Origin: Promethearchaeota archaeon
GTDB lineage: Archaea; Asgardarchaeota; Lokiarchaeia; Sigyniarchaeales; SOKP01
NCBI GenBank assembly: GCA_019894975.1
Contig: JAGXNO010000005.1
Span: 59,116 to 123,115, forward strand
Length of the DNA stretch: 64,000 nucleotides
Direction of reading: 5' to 3'
Below, piece after piece: positions 30,432 to 39,902 of the stretch (position 1 is the stretch's first letter; every line of letters begins with the position of its first letter). The notes under the pieces were generated by a model, which worked only from the letters and a program-made list of their open reading frames with translations, ran no database searches and had not been told where the DNA came from. Made by a program: the position numbers and the translations under genes.

Positions 30432-31867
30432 TGACATCTAATATAAAATTAATCTTTGAAAAAGGAATCGAGGAAGAGCTATATAATTATGTTCCAAAAA
30501 TGGATATTGACAGTACAGATCTAAATGAAATTATTCCCAAATCTCTTCAAAGAAATGATATATCTATTCCAAATGTTCCAGAAATTGAAATTGTTCGTCA
30601 TTTCGTGAATTTAAGTAATAAAAACTATGGTGTAGATACGGGGATTTATCCATTAGGCTCATGTACGATGAAATATAACCCAAAAATTAGTGAAACTATT
30701 GAAAGAATGCCGGGATACAGTCAAATTCATCCTTTACAAGATGAAAATCAAGGCTCCATCGAAGTATTGCATAATATATCAAAATTGTTAGGAGAAATAA
30801 CGGGAATGGACGGATTTACTCTTCAACCCGCCGCAGGTGCTCATGGAGAATTAGTAGGATTATTAATTATGAAAAAGTATTTTGAAGATAAGGGAATTAT
30901 TAAAGATAAAATAATTATCCCTGATTCCGCTCACGGGACTAATCCTGCATCAGCAAGAATGGCGGGTTTTTCGATCATCGAACTAAAATCAAATGACCAA
31001 GGAGAAGTTCCAATTGACCATTTAGAATATGCTATGAAGGATGGTGATGTTGCGGGAATAATGTTAACAAATCCTAATACTCTTGGTGTTTTTGACAGAC
31101 AAATTAAGGTTATTACTAAGGTTGTTCACGATAATGGGGGTTTATGCTATTATGACGGAGCAAATCTAAATCCAATGTTAGGCATATGTCGTCCTAGAGA
31201 TATGGGATTTGATATTGTGCATCTTAATTTACATAAAACGTTCGCAACACCTCATGGAGGTGGTGGTCCAGGATCAGGTCCCATTGGTGTAATAAATGAC
31301 CTAAGTCCATATCTTCCTGAACCATGTATTATTTCTACTGAAAATGGTTTGGTTTGTAGGCAGTCTAATAATAAATCAATTGGCCGAATTAAGGCTTTTT
31401 GGGGTAATTTTGGAATTATAGTTCGAGCTTACGCCTATATTTTAGCATTAGGATCTGAAGGTCTAAAAAGAGTAGGTCAAATGGCTGTTTTAAATGCCAA
31501 TTATCTACGAGTATTATTAAAGAAGAAATATTTCCTACCCTTTAATCGAATCTGTCAACATGAGTTTATAATTTCTGACCGAAATATGCCTAATAACGTT
31601 ACAACTGAAGATATTGCTAAAAGAATTCTCGACTTTGGAATATATGCTCCCACTATTTATTTTCCTCTCGTTGTACAAGGAGCCATAATGATTGAACCTA
31701 CTGAGACTGAGTCAAAAGTTTCATTAGATTATTTCGTTGAAATAATGGAAAAAATCTATAATGAAGCTGAATCTGATCCTGAAAAAGTAAGAAATTCACC
31801 TCACAATACTCCAATAAAACGCTTAGATGCAGTTATTGCTGCTAGAAAGCCTGTATTACATGATTAA
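30431..31867 (+). CDS. gcvPB: Glycine dehydrogenase subunit 2
   Basis: PLGSCTMKYNP, QPAAGAHGE, SAHGTNPASA, HLNLHKTFATPHGGGGPG. GGAGG SD and TAATG stop/start overlap. Confidence 0.96.
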   Translation: MTSNIKLIFEKGIEEELYNYVPKMDIDSTDLNEIIPKSLQRNDISIPNVPEIEIVRHFVNLSNKNYGVDTGIYPLGSCTMKYNPKISETIERMPGYSQIHPLQDENQGSIEVLHNISKLLGEITGMDGFTLQPAAGAHGELVGLLIMKKYFEDKGIIKDKIIIPDSAHGTNPASARMAGFSIIELKSNDQGEVPIDHLEYAMKDGDVAGIMLTNPNTLGVFDRQIKVITKVVHDNGGLCYYDGANLNPMLGICRPRDMGFDIVHLNLHKTFATPHGGGGPGSGPIGVINDLSPYLPEPCIISTENGLVCRQSNNKSIGRIKAFWGNFGIIVRAYAYILALGSEGLKRVGQMAVLNANYLRVLLKKKYFLPFNRICQHEFIISDRNMPNNVTTEDIAKRILDFGIYAPTIYFPLVVQGAIMIEPTETESKVSLDYFVEIMEKIYNEAESDPEKVRNSPHNTPIKRLDAVIAARKPVLHD

Positions 31868-31966
31868 TATCAACAATTAATAAAATTGTAATACTCTTTG
31901 GCAATATAAAAAATAAAAAAACTAATTTTTATAAGACTTAGTTAATCAGAATGTTGGTGTACAAAA

Positions 31967-33928
31967 ATAAATTACTTAACCCTTTTTCCGTATGACAAAT
32001 TTCGAAAAGATCAAGAAAGAATTATTAAGCAAATTGAATTAGATTCAAAACTAAAGAAGAATATTTTACTAGTAGCACCCAATGGTACTGGTAAGACTGT
32101 TATCGCTTTAAGCGGACTACTTCCATTAGCCTATGAAAAGAATCTAAAGATTATATATTGCTGTCGCACCCATACACAAAACCGGAGAATTATAAAAGAA
32201 TTAACTAAAATTTCTCAAGTTATGGTGAAAAACAACCATTCTGACAAATTAAATGGATTATCAATTAGAGGGAGAAACGAGATGTGTTTAAATGAAACAT
32301 TGTTAACACTAAAATTAAACCCTAAGGAATCAATGTCTGTTTGTAAAGACTTAAGACAAAATAGAAATTGCCGTTATTTCTCAAATTTATTAAAGAAAAA
32401 AGGAGAACTTGATAGTGCTATTTCACTTGATCCAGAATTATTTAATAAACCAATTGATGCCGAAGAACTAATTAGTTTTTGTAGGGATAAAAGTTTTTGT
32501 CCATATTTCTTGAGTAAATTTCTATTGAAAGATGTGAAGGTAATTATATGTAATTATCAATGGATCTTCAATCCAGATATTAAAAATGTGTTTCTACAAC
32601 TTATTGATCAGGAACTCAATGATTGTATTCTAATTCTTGACGAGTGTCATAATGTAATCGATATAGCAACAGAGGTTAATTCAGATAGATTAACACCTTA
32701 TCTATTAAGACTTTGTTTAAAAGATCTTGAAATGTATAGGGCCCCCAATATCATGCAAGAATTTACTTCACTTATTCTAGATCTATTAAATGATAAAAAA
32801 CTTAATTCAAATCTTGGGGAAGAAGAACTAGATCCCACTAAATATCTCAAATATATTATTGAAAAACTAAATTTTAGAGATTTAAATGAGTTTAAGAACT
32901 TAATTCAAGATATTCAAGAATTTAGTGTTGCCATTCATGAAGAAAAGTTAGCTAATGGTCAGATTTCTAGAGATTATTTAGGATCTCTTTCTGATTTTTG
33001 GACCAAATGGTTGAAGACCTTCAATTTGGATAACTATTTTTATTGTTTTAATAATATAGAAAGGAAAGGGAGAAAATCGATTTCCGTTGAAATTGTTGCA
33101 TTAGATCCAAGAGAAATTGTAATTCCAATTTTAAAATCAGTATATACCTCCTTAAGCCTTTCTGGAACAGTGAATCCATATATCTATAATAATTTAATGG
33201 GATTGAATGAGAGTGGTAAGAGTTATAGGGGAATCATAACTGACTCCCCTTTCCAAAAGAAAAATATCAAAGTAGTTATAACTGAAGGCGTTGATACAAA
33301 AAGAGAAAATAGGACTCCTTTTATGTTCAAAAAAATGATTGGTAAAATTAATGAAGTATTAAGTTGCACTCCTGCCAATGTTGGTATTTTTTGTGCCTCC
33401 TATCAAATTCTCAGGGGACTCTTTACAAATGGAATTAGTAATATTGCAAAAAGTAACAACAAGAAACTACTCATGGAAGAACCGGGGTTATCATCTTCAC
33501 AAAATAATGCAATGATAGAGGAATTTAAAGCTTTAGCATCTAATGGTGGTGCGGTATTACTTGGGGTGTGCGGGGGAAGAAATTCCGAAGGAGAAGATTA
33601 TCCTGGAGATTATATGAATTCTGTAGTAATCGCAGGATTTCCTTATCATTTACCTTCACCTCGAGTTGAAGCAAAAATAAAATATTATGACAAAGTATTT
33701 AAAAAACAAGGATGGAATTTTGCCTACCTTTATCCTGCTATTCAAAGAGCTAACCAAGCTTCTGGTCGTCCAATAAGAAAGATTACTGATAAAGGAGCTA
33801 TAATTTTTATGGATAGCCGTTTTAAAACAAAGTATAAATGGATTTCCGAATGGCTTAGAGAAGAACTAGAAATTATTCCCGATAAACCCCAAGCTCTAAT
33901 TCAGAATTTAGGCAAATTTTGGAGTTAA
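31967..33928 (+). CDS. xpd: XPD/Rad3-family Fe-S DNA helicase (start uncertain, upstream of the tracked 32222)
   Basis: The frame is open from 31946 and encodes the Q-motif FPYDKFRKDQ and Walker A APNGTGKT before the first in-frame ATG. Four Fe-S Cys, DECH, SGT, SEGEDY, QASGRPIR. Confidence 0.88.
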   Translation: MNYLTLFPYDKFRKDQERIIKQIELDSKLKKNILLVAPNGTGKTVIALSGLLPLAYEKNLKIIYCCRTHTQNRRIIKELTKISQVMVKNNHSDKLNGLSIRGRNEMCLNETLLTLKLNPKESMSVCKDLRQNRNCRYFSNLLKKKGELDSAISLDPELFNKPIDAEELISFCRDKSFCPYFLSKFLLKDVKVIICNYQWIFNPDIKNVFLQLIDQELNDCILILDECHNVIDIATEVNSDRLTPYLLRLCLKDLEMYRAPNIMQEFTSLILDLLNDKKLNSNLGEEELDPTKYLKYIIEKLNFRDLNEFKNLIQDIQEFSVAIHEEKLANGQISRDYLGSLSDFWTKWLKTFNLDNYFYCFNNIERKGRKSISVEIVALDPREIVIPILKSVYTSLSLSGTVNPYIYNNLMGLNESGKSYRGIITDSPFQKKNIKVVITEGVDTKRENRTPFMFKKMIGKINEVLSCTPANVGIFCASYQILRGLFTNGISNIAKSNNKKLLMEEPGLSSSQNNAMIEEFKALASNGGAVLLGVCGGRNSEGEDYPGDYMNSVVIAGFPYHLPSPRVEAKIKYYDKVFKKQGWNFAYLYPAIQRANQASGRPIRKITDKGAIIFMDSRFKTKYKWISEWLREELEIIPDKPQALIQNLGKFWS

Positions 33929-33939
33929 TATTTGTATGG

Positions 33940-35724
33940 TTAGATCTCTAGTATTTTAGAATAGAGCTTAAATAACTTTTGTGAGACTATTTTCCATCGA
34001 AAGTTTTTTTCTACTCGTTTATAACAATTTTCTTTAATTTTTTGGTAAAAATTTGCATCTAATAAGACCAATGATTTAAGAATATCATCAGGAATTTGAT
34101 TAACCATATTAAGAGTTTTCTGTTCATAAATAGAGTCTTTTTCTATTGCTTTTTTTGATATTTCGGATAAAAGGAATAAGGAAACTAAGGCATCAGCAAA
34201 TTGGGAGGGATTGTCTTTTTCAATTAATATACCCGTACCAATTTCCGAAAAGTTTCTGATATCTATTATCGTTTCTTGAAATCCCCCTACTCGTGTAGCA
34301 ATAATAGGGAGCTTTGATGACATTGCCTCTAAAGCTATAATGCCAAAAGGTTCCCACCTTGAAAGTGCACAATAAACATCAGCAGAAATATGTGCTAAAT
34401 GAAAAATATCCTTAGCGACTCCAAATATTATACGAAGGTTATTGGGATACTTCTCTACAATTTGAGCATAAGATGTAATTTCAGCTAAACTATAATCAGT
34501 TGGTAAAATTAGAAAAAGGAATTTTGCATTCGGGATTTTTTTAATTACTTCAGGAATTGCTTCAAAAATGGTTTCAAAACCTTTTTGATGTGAAATCCTC
34601 CCCGTAGTAATAACTAAAGGACCTGAATCATCAAATGCTCTTATATTACCATTCTTAATGAATTGATTACCATTTGAAATGTTATTTATAGCATTAAGAA
34701 TTTTTTCAGACCGAATAAGGGGACTTTTATCTAAATGAGCGATTTTATGAGTTAATAGGTATCGTTTCAAATGATCTGAAGTAATTTTCTTATCGGGGAT
34801 AATATCGAATATCCCTCTTATATCTTCTCCATGCTTATCTACAACTTCTTGATAAATTTCATAGTAATTCCAATCACACCCATCCCAAATAAAATCGGAT
34901 TTAAATTCTATTAAGTCATTTCCACAGTTTGGGATTATATCTGATATAAGATAGGATTGACTTACAGTAGTAACTATATCACAAACAACAGCACCAATCT
35001 TTTCTACCGTTGGTATTTGACCCATTTCATTAGATTGACATAACTCGAAAATCTCACTAAAAGACGATAACCTATAACCCTCTTTACGAAGTATTTTAAT
35101 CGGGGTTTGATTAATACCGCACCAATTGTAAAAATTGAAATCATATCGGGGCCATGTTAATAAATGGATTGTAATTAACGAATGAACATCGAGACCATTT
35201 TTGAATAAGACTTGTTTAATTCCGATAAAAGGTATAACCACATGATAGTCATGTAGATGTACTATGGAGGGTAGATCTTTTCTTCTATTATCAATAATGT
35301 ATTCAATATAGCATCGCATTCCGATACTAAATAAACAGATCTTTCCACTAAGCGTATCTGGATCATAAACTGAAGGATCATCCAAAAATCTCCTTGTAAA
35401 CTGATTTTCTCCTGTTAATAATATGATATTTACATCATCAATGCAAGATTTATAAAATCCAATATTATAATTACTTTCGGAGCCATTAGCTCCAAAACTA
35501 AGGGGATTAATCTGTCCAACGCAATTGAAAGGTAATTTTTCCCACACTTGCTTCTTTTGGAGGATATCTAGTTGACCATGGGATGGAATAAAGACCGTAA
35601 TTTTAAAATGTTCAGCAAGATTTCTTGCTTGATTAGCAGGTACTTCTCCTAAACCCCCTACTTTAATGATTCCCGCATATTCAAATGTAAATATCCAAAT
35701 ATTTTCTTTTAGGCCACTCACCAT
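33940..35724 (-). CDS. glgA: Glycogen synthase (GT5)
   Basis: KVGGLGEV, HLHDYH, TTVS, GRI..QKG, SRWEPFGIIALEAM. Confidence 0.85.
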   Translation of the reverse strand: MVSGLKENIWIFTFEYAGIIKVGGLGEVPANQARNLAEHFKITVFIPSHGQLDILQKKQVWEKLPFNCVGQINPLSFGANGSESNYNIGFYKSCIDDVNIILLTGENQFTRRFLDDPSVYDPDTLSGKICLFSIGMRCYIEYIIDNRRKDLPSIVHLHDYHVVIPFIGIKQVLFKNGLDVHSLITIHLLTWPRYDFNFYNWCGINQTPIKILRKEGYRLSSFSEIFELCQSNEMGQIPTVEKIGAVVCDIVTTVSQSYLISDIIPNCGNDLIEFKSDFIWDGCDWNYYEIYQEVVDKHGEDIRGIFDIIPDKKITSDHLKRYLLTHKIAHLDKSPLIRSEKILNAINNISNGNQFIKNGNIRAFDDSGPLVITTGRISHQKGFETIFEAIPEVIKKIPNAKFLFLILPTDYSLAEITSYAQIVEKYPNNLRIIFGVAKDIFHLAHISADVYCALSRWEPFGIIALEAMSSKLPIIATRVGGFQETIIDIRNFSEIGTGILIEKDNPSQFADALVSLFLLSEISKKAIEKDSIYEQKTLNMVNQIPDDILKSLVLLDANFYQKIKENCYKRVEKNFRWKIVSQKLFKLYSKILEI

Positions 35725-35958
35725 GTTTCAAATCTTTTTTAAACTCCGTTTAAAACAAAAGATCACAATAAATGCAAGACAATGTAATCTAAAACTTTAA
35801 AAAAAGAATTTTATTAAAACTTAATTAAAATTCCATTATTTGATTGAAATATAACAAAAAATAAATATTTTGATGGAAATAATAAAACCTAATAAATTTA
35901 ATTTATTACAAAGCAAATAATTAGTAAATTATTGGAAAAAGAAGGGGTGTTATATAGT

Positions 35959-36333
35959 ATGGTCGATATAGAAGTGATAGACACAGGGGCTCCAAAAGCG
36001 GGACCCTATAATCTTGGTATTAAAGCAGGAAATCTTATTTTTATTTCAGGGCAGGTTATGGATCCTGAAGCGGAAGGAGTTAAAGAGCAAACATTAACAG
36101 CGTTAGGAAAAATTAAAAACATTTTAGAGGTTGCCGGAGCAAGAGTTTCTGATATCGTCAAAACAACCATTTATCTTAAAAATATGTCAGATTTTAAAGA
36201 AGTGAATATAATTTATAAGGAATTTTTTATACAAAATGGAGTACAAGAAAAATTCCCCGCAAGAACAACTGTAGAAGCTGCTTGTCCTCTTCCGGGGGGA
36301 TTGATTGAAATCGATGCTATAGCAGCTCTTTAG
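35959..36333 (+). CDS. ridA: RidA/YjgF-family enamine/imine deaminase
   Basis: AP.AGPY, FISGQ, VKTTIYL.NM.DF..VN, FPARTTV, IEIDAIA. ATG 35959 follows the SD-like GGGGTG. Confidence 0.88.
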   Translation: MVDIEVIDTGAPKAGPYNLGIKAGNLIFISGQVMDPEAEGVKEQTLTALGKIKNILEVAGARVSDIVKTTIYLKNMSDFKEVNIIYKEFFIQNGVQEKFPARTTVEAACPLPGGLIEIDAIAAL

Positions 36334-36435
36334 AAAACACATATACTCTATGAATAAAAATCGGACTAGAAATATCTTATATTTTTCTTATTATATTTTA
36401 AATTAAAAATAAAGAAGAAATAATGAAGGATAATA

Positions 36436-36717
36436 ATGAAAAACAAATATATTATAATTGATTCAAAGGATAATTGTGCCACCGCTCTTGAGGATATTCC
36501 TCAAGGTACAAAAATAAATCTTACAGATAAGTTTTTAAAAATCCATCATAGAATTCCATTAGGCCATAAATTTGCCATCAACAATATCAAAAATGAGGAT
36601 TATATAGTAAAGTATGGTGAAATTATAGGAATTGCAACCGAAAATATAGACGAGGGTGATTGGATTCATATTCATAATATTAAAAGTACTTATTTAGAGG
36701 TGAAAAAGGATGGATGA
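36436..36717 (+). CDS. UxaA-family dehydratase small (SAF-domain) subunit
   Basis: DNCATAL..I, IPLGHKFA, IVKYGE.IG.A...I..GDWIH.HN. Confidence 0.88.
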   Translation: MKNKYIIIDSKDNCATALEDIPQGTKINLTDKFLKIHHRIPLGHKFAINNIKNEDYIVKYGEIIGIATENIDEGDWIHIHNIKSTYLEVKKDG

Positions 36718-37834
36718 AGGATTTTTAGGATATCCCCGTTCTAATGGTTCAGTTGGTATTCGTAATAAAATAATGGTTGTATCTTCAGTGGTTTGTGCGA
36801 ATACCGTAGTTCGGAGAGTTGCTGAAAAAATAGATAATGCAATAGCAATTACGCATCCTTATGGATGTGGTCAATGGGCAATAAGTTATTCAAATACGTT
36901 TAATATTTTAGCTGGTCTTGCAAGTAATCCAAATGTTTATGGGGCTCTTGTTATTGGATTGGGATGTGAAACTCTTTTTAGCAATCGTTTGGCTGATAAA
37001 ATAAAAGAATCAAATAAACCAGTGGATTCCTTTAATATACAGGACGTTAAAGGCGGTACTATAGGCGCAATTGAGAAAGGTGTAAGTATTTGCAAAAAAT
37101 TTGATAAAGAAGCAACGGAGATAAAACGAGAATTCTTTGATTTTTCGCACATTACTTTAGGTTTAGAGTGCGGTGGGAGCGATTCTACATCGGGTATTGC
37201 TGCAAATCCATCACTTGGGATTGTATCTGATAAGGTAGTAAACTTAGGAGGAACAAGTATCCTTCCAGAAATGGCAGAATGGGCTGGAGCAGAACATTTG
37301 TTAAGTAAAAGGGCAATAAATGAAGAAGTTGCTAAAGAAATTATTAGCCTTTTTAAAGGAAGAAAATTTGAAAACCGGTCTCCTGGAAATGTAGAGGGTG
37401 GTCTAAGTACACCTGAAGAGAAATCATTAGGGAATATTGCTAAAGGGGGAAAAGCTACCATACAGGGTGTTATTCAATATGCGGAAAAACCAAAAGGAAA
37501 AGGATTATGGTTACTAGTAGAACCCGGATTAGACGTTGTGTCCATGACTGCTCTTGCTGCAGCGGGGGCTAATATAATTGTTTTTACAACTGGTCGTGGG
37601 ACGCCATTTGGAAGCCCAATAGCACCAGTAATTAAAATCTGTGGAAACCCGAAAACATGTGATTATATGGCAAACAACATCGATATAGATGCAAGTCAAA
37701 TTATAACGAATGGTAAATCAATAGAAGAGGTTTCAGATTCGTTATGGAAAAAACTAGTAGATGTTTGTAATGGAGAAAAAACCATTACTGAAAAATTAGG
37801 ATTTGAAGAAGATATTGGCATTTGGCGAGCATAG
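36710..37834 (+). CDS. UxaA-family dehydratase large subunit (altronate/galactarate dehydratase or sulfolactate sulfo-lyase type)
   Basis: GY.R.NG.VGIRN, HPYGCG, IGLGCE, ECGGSD..SG..ANP, SPGN..GGLST.EEKSLG, FTTGRG. SD GAGGTGA at 36697-36703. Confidence 0.9.
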   Translation: MDEGFLGYPRSNGSVGIRNKIMVVSSVVCANTVVRRVAEKIDNAIAITHPYGCGQWAISYSNTFNILAGLASNPNVYGALVIGLGCETLFSNRLADKIKESNKPVDSFNIQDVKGGTIGAIEKGVSICKKFDKEATEIKREFFDFSHITLGLECGGSDSTSGIAANPSLGIVSDKVVNLGGTSILPEMAEWAGAEHLLSKRAINEEVAKEIISLFKGRKFENRSPGNVEGGLSTPEEKSLGNIAKGGKATIQGVIQYAEKPKGKGLWLLVEPGLDVVSMTALAAAGANIIVFTTGRGTPFGSPIAPVIKICGNPKTCDYMANNIDIDASQIITNGKSIEEVSDSLWKKLVDVCNGEKTITEKLGFEEDIGIWRA

Positions 37835-37921
37835 TGATTTCTTCTAATTTTAAATATTTATAAGGTAATTTTAATGATCAAATAAAAGAAATGTAAAAAC
37901 TAAAGAAAATAGTTAAACATT

Positions 37922-39112
37922 ATGTGTGACACATATGTAGCACTTGGAACTGCTACTTTAGATAAAAGTGTTATTATTGGTAAAAATTCTGATAGAAAGA
38001 TTTCAGAAGCTCAATTAATTACTTACAATCCTCTTAAAAAATATTCAAAAGGGGAGGATCTAGAATGTACTTATATATCGATACCACAAGTTTCTGAAAC
38101 TAACGCTGTTATTCTTTCAAAACCTTATTGGATATGGGGGGCTGAAATGGGGGCTAATGAGTACGGTGTTGTAATTGGAAATGAGGCTCTAGCAACGAGG
38201 GAACCATTAAAAGATGTAGGATTAATAGGAATGGATCTTTTAAGATTAGGTCTTGAACGGGGTAAAACTGCAAAGAATTCAATGAATATAATAATTGAAT
38301 TAATTGAGAAATTCGGTCAAGGTGGACCTCACTTTCAAGATGGTGGAAATTATCATAATTCATTTATAATCGCAGATTCTAATGAAGCTTACGTATTGGA
38401 AACAGCAGGAGAGTGGTGGATATTGGAGAAAGTAAAAGATTACCGATCAATATCCAATAACATTTCTATTAGAGGAAAAGGTGATTTAAGAAGGGATGGT
38501 ATTATTCAACATGCGATAGAGCAAAATTATTGTAAAGATGATAATGACTTTGATTTTGCTTCTACATTTGCATCAGTACATCCTTTCCCAGATTATATTG
38601 AATGTTCTAAAGGTCAATTAAAAAAAAAAAAGGGAGAAATAACTCCCACTTTAATGATGAGTTTTCTTAGAGAGCATGGGGAAAACATATGTAGACACAA
38701 AAGGAAGGATATAACAACTAGTTCTCAGGTATCTCATATTCGAAAAGAAAATAAAAAATCTATTCATTGGTTTACTGGAAGCAGCTTAACATGTTTAAGT
38801 ATTTTTAAACCCTATGCATTTCCAATTGAAGATCAAAAAACTCTCGAATCAGAATCATATTCTGAAATCGACTCTAACTGGTTTTGGAACAGACATTTGG
38901 AAAAAATTAAGCCATTTATCTCAAAACCTAATAAAGAGAATCCCGAAAGGGACGCTTATCGTAATTTACTAAGAAGTGTTGAAAATAATTTAATCCTGAA
39001 GATTAATGAAATTTTAGCTAAAGAAAATGATATCTCAGAAAAAGAAACTCTTAATAAAATTATATCCCTTAACCAAGAAGCATGGGAACGGTCTGAAAAG
39101 TTGATTAGCTAA
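37922..39112 (+). CDS. Peptidase C69 family (secernin/dipeptidase-like Ntn hydrolase)
   Basis: N-terminal nucleophile MCDT, GKNSDR, SKPYWIWGAEMGANEYGVVIGNEA, GMDLLRLGLER. Confidence 0.9.
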   Translation: MCDTYVALGTATLDKSVIIGKNSDRKISEAQLITYNPLKKYSKGEDLECTYISIPQVSETNAVILSKPYWIWGAEMGANEYGVVIGNEALATREPLKDVGLIGMDLLRLGLERGKTAKNSMNIIIELIEKFGQGGPHFQDGGNYHNSFIIADSNEAYVLETAGEWWILEKVKDYRSISNNISIRGKGDLRRDGIIQHAIEQNYCKDDNDFDFASTFASVHPFPDYIECSKGQLKKKKGEITPTLMMSFLREHGENICRHKRKDITTSSQVSHIRKENKKSIHWFTGSSLTCLSIFKPYAFPIEDQKTLESESYSEIDSNWFWNRHLEKIKPFISKPNKENPERDAYRNLLRSVENNLILKINEILAKENDISEKETLNKIISLNQEAWERSEKLIS

Positions 39113-39193
39113 ATGGTTCTAAAATCCTTTTTTTAATAAAACTTAATAGTTTAAGAGTATTTCTTCTTTTAATATATTACAACAAAATATTCA

Positions 39194-39499
39194 TTGATTA
39201 TTCAGATGTCTCAGAGTAAGTTAGATCTTTTAGGTATGGAAGGAGTTATTTCAAATTATAAAAGAGGACGCCATACAGTCCACCAGAAACACTGCATATT
39301 AGTTTTCTCGAATATCAAAAACAGAAAAGATGCAAATCGGCTTATTGGTAGAACCGTAGTTTGGATAAGTTCATCCGGCAAGGAATTAAAAGGTAAAATT
39401 ACGCGAGCTCACGGTAATAGTGGTGCTGTAAGATCCCACTTTAAAAAAGCAGGAGTTCCTGGGCAAGCTCTTGGACAAAAAATTAAAATAATAAAATAA
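39194..39499 (+). CDS. rpl35ae: 50S ribosomal protein L35Ae
   Basis: GVISNYKRG, LIGRTVVW, GKITRAHGNSGAVR..F...PGQALG. Confidence 0.93.
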   Translation: MIIQMSQSKLDLLGMEGVISNYKRGRHTVHQKHCILVFSNIKNRKDANRLIGRTVVWISSSGKELKGKITRAHGNSGAVRSHFKKAGVPGQALGQKIKIIK

Positions 39500-39902
39500 C
39501 TAAAAAGACCTTTTACTGTGTTTTAAGATTAATTATTTTAAATTTCTGTTATTTTATAAGTAACAACCTCTTAAATGCTTACAATTAATAAATAATTATC
39601 AAGGTTGGATTAATCATTTTTTGTATTTTTCAAAATTGGGGATACAATAATAAAGATTCTGTTTTAATCTACAATTATAATTTGATGGAACGAGGTAGAA
39701 ATTTACCATGGCACGATGTTTTCGCTGATCCATATGGATAATTCAAGAATACAGTTTCTAATTTATGACTCCTATTTCTTATATCTGGATATTACATGAT
39801 ACATAGATAACATTTTCTTTTTTTATTTTTGGATTTTGTACTAGGTTTGTAAAGTGATTTGTTAAGAATTTTGAATTTATTGGTTGGGTTTAAATTTTAA
39901 TA

